This document shows, one piece after another, positions 1-13,892 of a stretch of DNA of 64,000 bases. The notes beneath the pieces are model-generated. The model was not told where the DNA came from. It did not search any database and saw nothing but the letters and a program-made list of their open reading frames with translations. A program made the translations under genes and the position numbers. The stretch is from Malacoraja senta (lineage: Eukaryota): the NCBI GenBank assembly GCA_038087875.1, contig CM075987.1:21638001-21702000 (forward strand), written 5' to 3'. Each line of letters begins with the position of its first letter. Within the stretch, counting starts at the first letter, position 1.

Positions 1-1229
1 CTGCTGCTGTTGTTCTTTTAACTAATAAAATGTCCCTGCTTTGGAAGATGCAGATGTGTCTCCAATGCATCTTGTTGATAGCAGACACGGGAACCAGAGT
101 TTGCTGTGGTTGAGGGAGTTAATAGTTAAGGAGGTAGATGAGGCATCTTATCACACAGGCTGCCTTTTTCTGGATTACAATGAAATTATATTATGTTATG
201 TTATTGGTGCTACAGTGATCCAGGCGAGCAGAGAACATGCAATGACAAGTTCATCTTCAAATTCTGTGACGTTTCAGGTCGAGACCTTTCTTCAGATGCG
301 ATAGGTGACATTTCAATCTGAAGGAGGGACCCATCCCAAAATGTCACCTATCCATGTCCTCCAGAGTTACTGCCTGTCCCCCAGAGTTACTCATTATCTG
401 AGGAGTTGTAAATGAAGCCACATATTGTGCAATCTTAAGCAACCATCCCAAACATTCATGTTTGCAATGGAGGGAAGGTCACTAATACAAGCGACTCCCA
501 TGAAGAACTCCTGTAATGATGCTCCATGGCTGTTGACTACTAACTTTGTTATTGTATGATTCCAGATAGTGGAATGTTCTTCTTCACGATTCTCACAGTC
601 TTGAAAATTCTATATAGTTCTATAATATCACCTTTATCAACTGCTGTTTTGATGTCATTATCTTCTCACTAGGGTCATAATGAAGTCAGAAACTGACTAA
701 GCAATAATGAACAGTAGATTGCCAAATAAGACTATCTAAATAAGACTCGTCTTATTGCTAAATAAGTGACATATTTCTACTTTGCAGGTAGGTATCAGTG
801 TTGTAGCTGTACTGGAATATCATCGCTGAGGGAGTGACATGTCCTCAAGACTACAGCCATGACCCTGCTGAAATATTCTGCTTTTATGGTGAAGGGTGTG
901 CACTGTTCTTTCTGAATGGCGCATGAACGTCCAATCTGCTGAAGATGCTGAGAAACATCAGAGGAAAAATACTTATGGGTTGTGATGGATTCTAATACTA
1001 CTGCTGCCTCACCGGACTTCACATATGCCCGGCTTTTAGAGCTAAAATGTGTTCTGATTCTTTATGATTTAGCATGATTTTAAGCCTTGCAACATAACTG
1101 AGGGCATTCTCTGTGTGTGGTCTTGCCTACCAATACAGTTATGGGCAGGCATATTGGTGTGGATGGCGTACCAAATGTTTTTCCCTCATGTTGGTTCTCT
1201 TACATTCTACACACCCAATCTTGCAGCTA

Positions 1230-2866
1230 CAGTGCCCTCCATAATGTTTGGGACAAAGACCCATCATTTATTTATTTGCCTCTGTACTCCACAATTTGAG
1301 ATTTGTAATAGAAAAAAATCACATGTGGTTAAAGTGCACATTGTCAGATTTTAATAAAGGCCATTTTTATACATTTTGGTTTCACTATGTAGAAATTACA
1401 GCTGTGTTTATACATAGTCTCCCCCATTTCAAGGCACCATAATGTTTGGGACACAGCAATATCATGTTAATGAAAGTAGTCATGTTTAGAATCTTGTTGC
1501 ATATCCTCTGCATGCAATGATTGCTTGAAGTCTGCGATTCATGAACATCACCAGTTGCTGGGTGTCTTCTCTGGTGATGCTCTGCCAGGCCTGTATTGCA
1601 GTCATATTTAGCTTATGCTTGTTTTGGGGGCTAGTCCCGTTCAGTTTTCTCTTCAGCATATAAAAGGCATGCTCAATTGAGTTCAGATCGGGTGATTGAC
1701 TTGGCCACTCAAGAATTGACCATTTTTTAGATTTGAAAAACTCCTTTGTTGCTTTAGCAGTATATTTGGGATCATTGTCTTGCTGTAGAATGAACCGCCA
1801 GCCAATGAGTTTTGAGGCATTTGTTTGAACTTGAGCAGATAGGATGTGTCTATACACTTCAGAATTCATTATACTACTACCATCAGTAGTCGTATCATCA
1901 ATGAAGATAAGTGAGCCAGTACCTTCGGTAGCCATACATGCCCAGGCCATAACACCCCCACCACCGTGTTTCACAGATGAGGTGGTATGCTTTGGATCTT
2001 GGGCAGTTCCTTCTCTGCTCCAAACTTTGCTCTTGCCATCACTCTGATATAAGTTAGTCTTCGTCTCATCTGTCCACAATACCTTTTCCAGAACTGTGGT
2101 TGCTCTTTTAAGTACTTCTTGGCAAACTGTAACCTGGCCATCCTATTTTTGCGGCTAACCAATGGTTTGGATCTTGTAGTGTAGCCACTGTATTTCTGTT
2201 CATGAAGTCTTCTGCAGACAGTGGTCATTGACAAATCCACACCTGATTCCTGCAGAGTGTCTATGATCTGTCAGACAGCTGTTTGGGGATTTTTCTTTAT
2301 TATTGAGAGAATTCTTCTCTCATCAGCTGTGGAGGTCTTCCTTGGTCTGCCAGTCCCTTTACGATTAGTAAGCTCACCATTGCTCTCTTTCTTCTTATGA
2401 TGTTCCAATCTGTTGATTTTGGTAAGCCTAAGGTTTGGCTGATGTCTCTAACCATTTTATTCTTGTTTCTCAGTCTCATAATGGCCTCTTTGACTTTCAT
2501 TGGCACAACTTTGGTCCTCATGTTGATAAACAGCAATAAAAATGTCCAAAGGTGATGGAAAGACTAGGTGCTGAGAGCTCTCTTATACCTGCATTAAGGC
2601 GGCAATTAAACACACCTGAGCAATTACAAACACCTATGAAGCCATGTGTCCCAAATATGATGGTGCCCTGAAATAGGGGGACTATGTATAAACACAGCTG
2701 TAATTTCTACAAGGTGAAACCAAAATGTATAAAAACACCCTATAATAAAATCTGAAAATGTGCACTTTAACCACATGTGATTTTTTCCATTACAAATCTC
2801 AAATTGTGGAGTACAGTGGCAAATAAATAAATGATGGGTCTGTCCCAAACATTATGGAGGGCACTG
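1230..2866 (-). mobile_element. Tc1-family DNA transposon (IR/DR type, DD34E), full length, frameshifted transposase
   Basis: ~230-bp TIRs starting CAGTGCCCTCCATAATGTTTGGGAC (1230 and rc at 2866), each with an internal repeat (CCATAATGTTTGGGACA); TA TSD at 1228-1229 and 2867-2868. Transposase split over 3 frames (ORFs 2300-2536, 1971-2240, 1486-2079) with WTDETK, QQDNDPKY, SPDLNSIE motifs; D-E spacing 34. Confidence 0.96.
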
Positions 2867-3446
2867 TATGTCTTTAAGAAACCCAGTAACACATAGAAAC
2901 AGTGCAGCACAAGAACAGGCTTTTCAGCTCTCAACGTCTGTGCCAAACATGATGCGATGACCATCACTTATCTATCTGTGCATAATCCTTGCCCTTCCAT
3001 TCCTTACATAACCATATGCCTGTCCAAAAGTCTTTTAAATACCATTACCCTATTTGCCTTCACCACCAATCCTGGAAGCACATTCCAGGCACTCGCCACC
3101 CTCTATGTTAAAAATGTTGCCATGCACATCTACGAAGGCAAGCATATCTATCCACAGTAATACAGTGAAGGCCACTCCCTTCCTAGAGTATATTTTCAGC
3201 CCACTACCCGTGTCATTAGGTGTTGCAAAACCACATATAATTGGATTTCCACACTGGCTGTTATGAGATGAGTCTCCATAGCCTTCAAGTACATGAAAAG
3301 TACAGAGGACACCAGAATCACATTTAATTAGCCAACAAACTGTGTTGCAAGTTACAACTAAACAGAAAGAGAATCAAGTAATTTTTACCCCAAAATGCAC
3401 ATTGAACATGCACAAGGAAGTACACAACCTCCAGGAAAGAACTTAC

Positions 3447-3566
3447 GTTCAAACACTCAAGAAACAACTTCATTCCATTGCAGTTTAGGAACATCTCGCA
3501 GTTGTCAGGAGTCTCATCTGTAATGTTCCACAGTGCACTCCATGAAAACTCCATTACTTGGTCACA
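3447..3566 (-). CDS. ZER1: ZER1 coding exon (CDQVMEFSWSALWNITDETPDNCEMFLNCNGMKLFLECLN)
   Basis: AG/GT bounded, 120 nt, phase-consistent; ZER1/ZYG11 armadillo-like region. Gene continues beyond the window start. Confidence 0.95.
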
Positions 3567-4968
3567 CTGCACAAAGAAAGAGAGAGATGGAAATGGGGCA
3601 TGTTAGAAACATTTCATATTTTATGTTTTAGTTCACAAATATGCAGAACATTGTTCAATATAATTCACTATTGGGCAGAAGTTAAAAGAAAATTATTTCA
3701 AGCTCAAAGTCTGTGAAAACTCTGTGAACACAATGCTAATCACATCCTGTATCTAGAAAGAGGAACTGAATCAACATTCCACTGTTCTTGATGAAAGGTT
3801 TAACTATTTATCCACTTTCCACCAATGTTACTCAACCTGCTTAGTGTTTCTGCTACGGTATTTTCTAATTGAGCAACTGACTCGGGGGTTGACCACAAAA
3901 AGTACAAAAACACTTTGGATACTGTTATATGTGCCTTAAATTTCTCCTAAATGTTTGATTGAGGTCCATTTCAGAATGAAAGTGAGCTTGAAGTGTAACA
4001 CATGTGGGAGGTGGATAACAGCTGGTCCATTCTCTCTTCAATCAATTTTTGCCCAAGTTTGCAATTACCGTAAGGAGTCCAAATATTTTTGGTCATGTTT
4101 GTTTCTGTTCTTACAGGTGCCAAGCTGTCATGATCGGCTGCATCATTTGAGCTTTATCAGTCACTGTTATGCAGTCTGGGTAATGAACTAGTTACATTTG
4201 TCAGACTTGCAGCAGAACAGGCTCACCCATTGCCACTATCTATAGTTTAATGTGAAAAACACCTCACTAGGAGTAACAAACTGCAGTGCCCACCGAAGAA
4301 AAGGTTATTTGCCAGCATCCACCCGAGATGAGGAGAAACCACTGGGGGAGAAAGAACAGTGCTTTCAGTCTTGGCTCAATGGGCAGCATCTTCATGTCCA
4401 AGTTAGAAGCTTGAGTGTTTAAGTTTCATTCTGATAATGAAAGTGTCAGAGTATGGTGTAACATTTAATACATGGTCAATTATTGCAGAAGTACTGTGAT
4501 GTCAGATGAACCTTGTAGTAGGCGAGTCATTATAATGAGGTGGATGATACCGACTGCAGACATTGGAGTTTGTCTCTGGAACTGTTGCGCTAAAATGCTG
4601 AGAACTATACTTTGCACTCTATCTTTCCCTTCGCTCTACCAATTGTACTTGAGTTTGCCTTGATTGTATTTTCTGTGGTATTATCAGATTTGATTGGATA
4701 GCATGCAAAACAAAGCTTTCACTGTACCTCAGTAAACGTGGCAATATTAAATCTTAAACTAAAGGTTTTATACCATGCAGACTAACAATATTTAAACCTC
4801 AATGAACATCACTAAATGGATAATATGGTTATAAATCTTTGTTGGCCCTTATTGTTTGCAAATATTCATCCACTTTTCCTACATTACAACTGTGACTTGA
4901 TAGGCTATAAAATGCTTTGAAAGGTTATGAAACGCATTCAACAAATGCAAGTTTTTCCTTGAACTTAC

Positions 4969-5010
4969 CACTTTGTCTGTCAGTTTCTTTTGAATCAATT
5001 TCAACATTGT
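4969..5010 (-). CDS. ZER1: ZER1 coding exon (TMLKLIQKKLTDKV)
   Basis: 42-nt exon, tttcag acceptor and gtaagt donor, in frame with neighbours. Confidence 0.92.
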
Positions 5011-5697
5011 CTGAAACATGGATTAAAATAGGTCAGAAACATAGTTCACGAGGTCCAATGTAAAACATATTTGAACATTTGGTATTCATTCTGCTTTCTA
5101 AAGGCAAATATTTTAGAGATCTTCTGAATTCAAATTAACCATCACTCCAGTCCAAACTATTCAACCCTGTGACCATTGGGAGTACCAAAGCATTAAATGC
5201 ACAAGTAGCTTATATTCCATGGAAAGCCTGCTGAGAGCTCTAGAAATTAATTTCAAAAGTTGATTCTTAATGGAATGCGAGTAAAGAGTTAAGAACTTTT
5301 TTGCTTCTGCCAAACAAATGTACAAAAAAAATCATAAATGTTTGCAGCGAAGAAATAGGTGATTCAACCTGACCACCTCTACTATAGTAGCTGACTGCTC
5401 ATAACTGGATTGTTTCAGTTTGTTCGTCATTAATCGCTTTGTGCATTTCCTATAATGGTGACCACCTTTGTAAATTCTTTACTGGCTGTAAAGCACTTTG
5501 GCTCAGATACAACTTGTTGTGATGATGTTGGGTTTTGTCGATTAAATAATGGCAGAGTACAACTTAGAACATACCATTATGTCACACTTCTATCCACCAA
5601 CCTCCCCACCCTAACATATTCCACCAGCATAGTTAAGACTGTTACAATGACACAACTGTACAGTGCTTCTCCCAATCCTCATTCTCACCATACTTAC

Positions 5698-5913
5698 CGT
5701 AACAAAGCCCATTTTGCCTACAGCTTCCTTGTGGTCATTGTCAACTTGGCAGACCAGTGCATTGCAAAGATGTACCGCTATTCGCTGAATAGATTCATCC
5801 TGCCGTGTCTGATTGAGGATGCCGAGGAGCAGCTCATTCACCCGCCGGTACTGGAATTCCAGCTCTTCTGGAATACTGAAGTTACAGAGCGTCAAGCAGC
5901 AATTCCGTTGTAC
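5698..5913 (-). CDS. ZER1: ZER1 coding exon (VQRNCCLTLCNFSIPEELEFQYRRVNELLL...KMGFVT)
   Basis: 216 nt, AG/GT bounded, matches ZER1 sequence. Confidence 0.95.
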
Positions 5914-6510
5914 CTACAAAGCCAGGGTGGAACCACAAGATGGAGTTAGGCAAACGAGTGCCACGAAGCTCACCATACAAATTAACAGCAAGAAAAAGCT
6001 CATTTTAGAATCAGAGCCAGCATCAGACAGCGTTGAAACAGGGTCTTTGGCCCAACTTGTCCATGCCGACCAAGTAGCCCCAACTAAGCTAGTCCCATTT
6101 GCCTGTGTTTGGCCTTTCCATGTACCTGTCCACATGCCTCTGGCAGCTTGTTCCATATACCCACCACGTACTGGGTGAATTTTGTGGGAGCAAAGTTCAT
6201 GGGTGAGGATTGGAGGGAGAGTGATACCAAACAAAAATAGCCTGGTTTTACAAGACTGGGGAATCAGGGGCAAGAAAGACATTTGGAGAATGGAGAAGGT
6301 GCACAGGGAGCTCCCACAAGAATAGCCAGAATTCAGCCATCAATCTACAGTACTGTATATCACGCTTTTGTATAAATCCTCAGAGACTAACTCAACTGAG
6401 TAAGTATCTATACTGAAGGGAATTGTAATATCTGGCATACATAATGAAGAGCTCAAGTCTCACACAGTTTACAGACGTGCATAGGTGTTGAATTAAGGTA
6501 AATTTCATAC

Positions 6511-6684
6511 CGTCACCTCGTGGTAGGACTCCATACCATTCAGCACCACCTGAATAACCTGGCGACGGAGCTTAATGCTCTGTTCTTGCCGGTAGTCAGA
6601 GCCAGTCAGGTAGAAGAGCGCTGCGCTGCCCGTCACCTGAACACTTTTGTCAAATTTGTGATACTTCAGTGCAGAGATCACCAG
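6511..6684 (-). CDS. ZER1: ZER1 coding exon (LVISALKYHKFDKSVQVTGSAALFYLT...YHEVT)
   Basis: 174 nt, AG/GT bounded. Confidence 0.95.
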
Positions 6685-7415
6685 CTGCAAAAAGAGAAAC
6701 GATTTTCAAAACATTCTCCTTCTATCTATTTTATGACTAGCTTTGTGGTCAGTACATCTCTTAATGATGCTTTCCACATGTAATTATCCCTTCATGTTTT
6801 TAATGGAGATTCACACTCCCACCGTTTGCTTGATCACCTTTAGGGTTCATAGGGGAATCACCTAGCATTTTTCCTTAATTGGTGCAAGGTTTTATCCTGT
6901 CTCTTTCGGGGAGATGATCAGACTGTAGTGTGGGTGATTAGGGATATTGCTGCATGCCTTAGCTTTCCCCTGCATCCTCTATCACACAGAAAGTTAAAAG
7001 CTAAATTCAATATCATCTAATCACTGCCTCCCAATTTATCATGCTATATCTTACTGAGAAAGTACTGCACTACTGGAGGTGGCATCTGTCAGATAAGACA
7101 TTGCACAGAGGCAGTTTCCCCGCAGGGGAAAATGGTTCATGTAAAGACATAACTAATGTACCAAACATGATTGCATTCAGAATCTAAAGGAGGTAGTATT
7201 TGGGCAAAATGCTGGAGGTCTGTAAAGCTATAAAATCAGTCAGAATAATTAATTTTAAGCAAATTGCCCCTGGAGCAAAATAAAACATCAAAAATTTGAC
7301 TAAGCACCAGGCCTGCCTTCCAGATGCAAGCAGCAATTTTTTTACATTCAATAGTTTTTAAATTGTCACCTTCCATTTCATGCACTCTTCCTTACTTTTG
7401 ACTTTTGAACCTTAC

Positions 7416-7562
7416 CCGTAGGGCACGCAATGGCTGGTCACATTGTTCAATACGTGCGATATCAAAGAGATGATTTATTGCACGTGAAGCAATCTCTGGT
7501 CGATATTCTGTATAAGCCTCAATAGCATTCAGGATTTGATCCTCATTCGCTTCCCCGGTTAT
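7416..7562 (-). CDS. ZER1: ZER1 coding exon (ITGEANEDQILNAIEAYTEYRPEIASRAINHLFDIARIEQCDQPLRALR)
   Basis: 147 nt, AG/GT bounded, manual translation. Confidence 0.94.
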
Positions 7563-7781
7563 CTAGTAACAGTAGCAGAACTGTAACACAATCTGCAGAT
7601 CAATTGTATGAAAAAATTCAAATGGTGCTACAGGCTCCACTGTGCTTATCATTGAATGTAAGCAATTACAGCTGATCATGTATACACACATTGGCATACA
7701 AACACACATGCTTACACAACCCTAAACTAGCATTTTAACTGATGTTAGAAAGAGCAACCAAGGAATGGCAGCCTCACTCAC

Positions 7782-7896
7782 CTTATAAGAAGGTATATGA
7801 GTTAGATTGCAGAGAGTGGTGTCAAATAATCCCAGGAACTGAAACGACCTATTCAGTGCACGGAATGGTTCAATGCTGCTCTTTTGTGGCTCATTA
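7782..7896 (-). CDS. ZER1: ZER1 coding exon (NEPQKSSIEPFRALNRSFQFLGLFDTTLCNLTHIPSYK)
   Basis: 115 nt, AG/GT bounded, phase 2 to 0. Confidence 0.93.
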
Positions 7897-8777
7897 CTGA
7901 ATACATAAAGTAAATAAGATAAATTAGTGTGAAAACTGGCACAGATTTCTTAAGTTTCTCAGAAACATTATATATATTGAAACGCTTTTTTTTTTTGCCT
8001 CACCCTTACCAACTGTTCTTTCACTTTTTAGGTCCTTAGACGTTTTATATAATAGAGATGTTCTATGTATTGTTTTAAAGTGCAAAATGACAAATGGCTA
8101 ATTAGATGGTTATATTTATGAAACCATAAATAGGATCTTGTGAGAACATTCCTGCTCTTTTCCAGTGCCTCCATTCTATCTTCAACTTTCAGTCTCAATA
8201 ACAGCAACAGGGCATGAAACCTTAGATCAACCTCTGATCCAAAGGACTGTATTGGACTAGAGTAACCAGCTTGTGCACTCAATAGAGTAGCATCAAACCC
8301 AGGACTTTCTGACTCAGAGATGGGAATCTCTGTACATGTAATGCGACTCTGGTCATTATGCAAAGAAGGGCAGGAAGTTCAGAGTGTTTTTGCCAAGCAG
8401 ATTAACCAAATTGACAGCATTGAAACAGGCCCTTTTGCCCAATGCCGACCAAGATGCCCCATCTAAGCTAGTCCCATTTGCCTGCATTTTGCCCATATCC
8501 CTCAAAACCTTTCAGATCCATCTTTCTGTCCAAGTGTCTTTTAAATGATGTATAGTACCTTCCTTCAACTACCTCCTCAGGCTGCTTGTTCAGTATACCC
8601 ACCACCCTCTAAGTGAAATGTTTGTATAATTTGCATACATTGGCTACTGCTCTTGCCTACATACCAATGATTGCCCTTCAGAACTAGTACGCTGAGTTAT
8701 CCTAGTTTTTTTGCCAGGTGACATATCTATGGTCAATAAAGAAACTTTGTTTTTTGTGATTAAGCCTCAGGTCTCAC

Positions 8778-8954
8778 CTTGCAGGGCCCAAGGCCTCATC
8801 ATGACTTGAGATTGCAGAGTTATCCAGCATCAGGTGTCCTGAGATGTCTAACGAGACAAGGTTTTTAAGGTTCTGCACAAAGGCAGTGAGGACTTTCCGA
8901 GTCAGCTTGAATTTGTAAAAACTGGAAGTTCTGTCACGAGAAATGTCTAAGTGT
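8778..8954 (-). CDS. ZER1: ZER1 coding exon (HLDISRDRTSSFYKFKLTRKVL...LVSLDISGH..., LRR)
   Basis: 177 nt, AG/GT bounded. Confidence 0.94.
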
Positions 8955-9064
8955 CTGTAGAAGAAATTGAAGCAAGATATTTGAGATGAATGCATTGAAT
9001 GACTCATCAATAACAATAACTTACTCTCTCCCTATCACTCCAGCTTTGTAGTATCTGAATGAGA

Positions 9065-9545
9065 CAGTTAACAGTTTAGTTTATTGTCACGTGTACCAAG
9101 GTACAGTGAAAAGCTTTTGCTGCGTGCTATCCAGTCAGCGGAAAGACAATATGTAATTACAATTGAGCTATTTACAGTGTATGGATACACGATAAAGGAA
9201 TTACGTTTAGTGCAAGGTAAAGCCAGCAAAGTCCGATCAAGGATAGTCCAACGGTCACCAATGAGGTAGATAATAGTTCAGGACTGCTCTCTGGTTGTGG
9301 TAGGATGATTCAGTTGCCTGGTAACAGCTGGGAAGAAATTGTTCCAGAATCTGGAGATGTGCGTTTTCACACTTCTATACCTTTGGCTTGATGGGAGAGG
9401 GGAAAAGGAGGAGTGGCCAGGGTGCGACTCGTTCTTGATTATGCTGTTGGCCTTGCCGACGCAGCTAGATAAAAATTGAGTCAATGGAAGGGAGGTTGGT
9501 TTGTGTGTTAGTCTGGGCTGCGTCCACAATTCGTTGCAATTGAGA
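9065..9545 (-). mobile_element. Rex1/Babar-type LINE 3' fragment
   Basis: RT C-terminal motif ANSIIKNESHPGHSSFSPLPSSQRYRSVKTHISRFWNNFFP and 3' tail; a similar tail lies at ~20635-20810. Confidence 0.75.
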
Positions 9546-10862
9546 CATGCAGAACATAATGATTCCAGGTCAGATTTCTGATCTGTGTTGACCATGCTTA
9601 ATTTGCCAAGAGTAATCCAGAAGCTCCCTCCCTTCGCTTGCCCAAACCGACTCATGCAAGTTCAAAGGCAAGTTCTACCTGACCCTAATGATGATCCTAT
9701 GGAGGCAAAAGTGGACAAATTAGAATTGCCAATGGCTCTCCTTTAGGATTTAGGCTCCTTGTATACCCCTCTGGAAGGTCAGTGCATGTCATTCACTCTA
9801 CCTTTTCCTTGTGAACGGGCAAAGCATGGGCCCACCTTGCAATGAAGAACAAAAGAACAATAAGCCCTTGGTGAAGTTCATTTCTCCTAGATTTGCTTAT
9901 GGAGGAAAAAATTTGATACTTTTGTTATATTAATTCTGACCTAAAGGCATTAAAGGTGTTAGTAAAGGCCATAGACCCTAATTGCAGGACATGTGCTAGA
10001 CAAGGGTTATGGAGACAGAGTGAGACAATGAGGGATAATGAAAATAAGAAAGAAATCCTTACACTTGAGGAATTATTAAATATTGAATGTGTGCCAATTA
10101 CGTTGTGGAATTCTGGTACTGTCATTGGTACCAATTTAATATCTGGTCATGGGTCTAGTGCAAGTTTTACTTGCTTCCTTTCATGCTTTTGGTCAACTTT
10201 TCTACTGATAAACCCCTATATAACGATTTAGAACACCAGATGGATTGGTATCTGGCTTACTGGGCTGCAGTTCCCACTCTTCCCTTTACATAATAGGCCC
10301 TGGTTCATGGTTCCCAGTGCTCCCTCGAAACTCACCTGGTTTTGTTTCCTGAAATGCCTAGAAACTTCCCACGCTTCCTTTTAATTAACTTACTGGGTTC
10401 GTGAAACAATTTATTATTTTCATCTAGAAAAAAAGCGAATTGAACAATTTGAAGAATTAACAGGGATAACATCCAATATTCTGTTAATCCAGTACCAGCA
10501 ACATTCTAGGCATGCTGGAGTTTTATTGTACTTCATGAGGCCTGGTAACAATTATTGTCCACTATTTATCATAGTAAGTGTTAGGAATGTTGGACTCCAT
10601 TAAAGGAGCTATTGAATTACGTTCCACTGTGACTGAGACACAGGGAATGCAACAATTACGTTTGGAAGGTTTGAAGATGGGTCCCAACTTGAAATGTCAC
10701 CCATCCTTTTTCTCCAGAGATGCTGCCTGATCCGCTGAGTTACTTAGCACTTTGGGTCTATCTTCGGTATACACCAGCATCAGTAGTTCCTTTCTACACA
10801 ATAAGTTCTGAACTTTGGGCCACCATGCAATCATGACCTAGAAAAAAAATAGGTTCCTCTAC

Positions 10863-11305
10863 CTGAGGTTAGTGAGCTGCAGGAGGACCCAGATGTGCTC
10901 CTCAGAGAGGTCCATGTTGTACAGCACTAATGACCCAAGCCGCTTCTGCCACTGCAGCAAAAATTGGATGTCATTCAGCTGGATCCCAGAGAGGTCAAGT
11001 GAGGTCAGAGTGGTCAGTGGCCGCAGGAGTCGGTCCACGTTCACTCCATCAGTTATATGACCCAGATTGAGAAAGCACAGCCGGTGGAAGCCAGTGAAGG
11101 AGAAGTCCTTGACGAGAACCTGCCGTGAGGGGTTCACCATGCTGTTGTTGTCCCCTTCGCAGCCGCCAGGATTCTCCTCTTCGTAAAAAATGTTATTGCA
11201 CCCAAACAGGCTGAGTGAAACCAGCGTGCTGCGGAAGTTATTCAGAGTCTGTAGGCTTTTGGCAGAGAGTCTATCGCAGTTCACAAGGCGAAGCTCAACG
11301 AGATC
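10863..11305 (-). CDS. ZER1: ZER1 coding exon (DLVELRLVNCDRLSAKSLQTL...LTNLR, LRR region)
   Basis: 443 nt, AG/GT bounded, LRR motifs. Confidence 0.95.
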
Positions 11306-12044
11306 CTGAAAAACATAGCAAAACTAAATGTCACTGGAAGAAGAGTCAGCGAGTCCAGATTACCAAACAAAAATGTTAGCTGCAACTTTACAGTCTGCAA
11401 TTAGCAAACAAAAAACAGTAATCTCATAAAAAAAATAAAATGCTGGAAGAACACAGGGTGTCACGTAGCGTCTATGGAGGGAAATAGACACAGCATTGTG
11501 GGTTTGGACCCTTCTTCAGATATCGTCTATCTATTTCTCTACATGCTGCCTATCCTGCAGAATTCCAAGGATAGTTAATTTTTTACTCAAGGTTCCAGCA
11601 TCTGCATTCTTTTCAATGTAAGTTATATTTAAAAAAACATGGACTAACAGTCCAGAAGCCTGAAACAGGAATCGCGAAGTCTAGGCTATTAATCCAGAAT
11701 GTTCAAATGCTGCTGTAATACTCTGAGAATTTAAAATATTGCTCAAGGATAAATATCATATAGCAGCAAAAATGACTATGAGATTGTCTGATTGTAAAAA
11801 CGATTTCCCTGCTGCCGTACTCATTCCAGACCCATTCTCTTCCACATCCACAACATGGTTGACTGAACTGTCCTTGAATCTTGCAAAACTATCAATTCTC
11901 GGGCAAAAAGTATAGGAAATAAATTGTGGCCTTGGCAGGGACTTCCATATCGTAGGATGAATAACATTAAAATAAAACTAACCCCTAAGCTCCTAAAGAA
12001 CCCCTAATTAGTTTTATTAATACAGTTTTCAGCATATCTATTGT

Positions 12045-12352
12045 TCAGTTTAGTTTAACGATACAGCATTGAAACAGTCCTTTGGCTCATCGATGCCATG
12101 CTGCCAATCACTCATTCACACTAGTTTGATGTTATTTCTCATTCCCTCTCCACACACTGGGGACAATTATTCAGAGGCCAATTAGCCTACAGACCCCTTG
12201 TGTCTTTGAGATGTGGGAAGGAGCTGGAGCATCCCGAAGAAACCCAGGCGGTCACAGAGAAGGTGTAAACTCCACACAGATAGCACCCGAGGTCAGGATA
12301 GAACCTGGGTCTCTGGCGCTATGAGGCAGCAGCTCTGCCCGCTGCGCCACTT
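12045..12352 (-). mobile_element. HE1-like tRNA-derived SINE
   Basis: Minus-strand head GTGGCGCAGCGG...CCCAGGTTCTATCC (A/B-box like) with a CR1-like tail. Related copies at ~28814-29105 (+), 39075-39270 (+), 40025-40300 (+) and 44445-44740 (-). Confidence 0.75.
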
Positions 12353-12656
12353 TGCCGTTCTGTTGTCTCACCTTTTTCAGAATGTTTCATATTTTCCATA
12401 TGGTTTTACACACAGCAAAAGTGGTATGCACAGAATGTTCTTAGAAGCTCATACCTACCTCAACCATTTTCAAAACAATATTTGTTCATTAGCAAAATAT
12501 TAATAGCAGCAGTGAAGAAATTGTAGTAAAAATTTACAAGGATATGACCAGAATGTAGAAGTTGCAATTATTACAGAGTATGGAAATTCAGGTGTTTTTC
12601 TCTGGAAGAAAATAAGGATGAATTAAGAAACATAACGTTACTCATGTTACTCATAC

Positions 12657-12816
12657 CTGTTTGGAAAATGCCACCAAGTCCTCATCATGAATGATATCCT
12701 CATGAATCCCCCTCAGGTGTACATGCGTCAGACGGGTGCTCCGATGGTCTGAGAACAAGCTAAAGAAACTCAAGTGTCCTGGGAAGCTGTTGTCTGTGTT
12801 CACTAGGTCCATGTAC
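12657..12816 (-). CDS. ZER1: ZER1 coding exon (YMDLVNTDNSFPGHLSFFSLFSDHRSTRLTHVHLR...FSKQ)
   Basis: 160 nt, AG/GT bounded. Confidence 0.93.
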
Positions 12817-13892
12817 CTAGAGGAAGCATTGGGGACAGGATGAGCCTTTTTAAACCTACTCGAGTTCAGAACTGAAAAGAATGATTCAAATGAGGGGTCA
12901 GCAAAACATGGAAAATATTTTTTTCTTGGAACGTCACCATATTTGGTTACAAAATGCAAATTGCCATTATATATTGCTTCACTTCCAACCCATCAGTCTT
13001 TCAGCATCTCACTCAAGCCAGCCTTCAATCCTCTAAACTCAAATTTACGCAGCCCAACCTTATACTTTAGCTTTTCTAACATATTCTTATCTATTTTCCT
13101 GTTAAATCTACCTGTAATTTTTGCCTCAACTATTCCATCTAACGGTAAGATCCATAGTTTCATTATTTTCTTATTGATTGCGTTCTGCTAAGATTTCTGT
13201 TTAGATATACAGTATTAGTGACCTATGTCAGTTGGCAGCACAATACAGAAGCATCTTTGTAACATAGTTTTAAAAATCTGGAGCTCTCTGCATCTAAAAA
13301 CTCTACAAGTATCCGAGGTTAGATAAAGTACTTGAGGCCGAGACCAATAGAATTTGTGGGTAGATACATCAAGAAACCTGGAGCCAAGATGTGAAAATTG
13401 AGTTGAGATAAAGACCACACAAGGTAGATCAGGTTTGAAGGGCTGAATTGTCTCTTCTGCGTGCTAGATGGGCTGATTGGACCTTACTGCCCATAATTAC
13501 CTTGGTCACTCTTGATTACTTCCTGTTGAATCATTTCGTTTCTGAAACCACATAAACCTTGAGCCACTCAATCTTGTTCTGCCATCCAACCACGTCTTGG
13601 CCAATCTGCACCTTAACTTCATCCAACTTTCGTGGTTCCTTACCCATTTAATATCCTTGTCCAACAAGAATCAATTTCAGTTTTTGAAATTATCATCTCA
13701 CTGGCAGTCATAAAAACTTTTCAGGATGGTTAATAAAATTTTTTTTATAAAATGCCTTTTATGATCATGGGACATTACAAAATTCTTTATAGATAAATAA
13801 ACATTTTAAGTGTTATTGCTTTGTAATATAGGAAATTGGTAGACAATTTGGACAGAGCAAAGCAACAGCATTCCAGATCTTCTCTACCCTAA

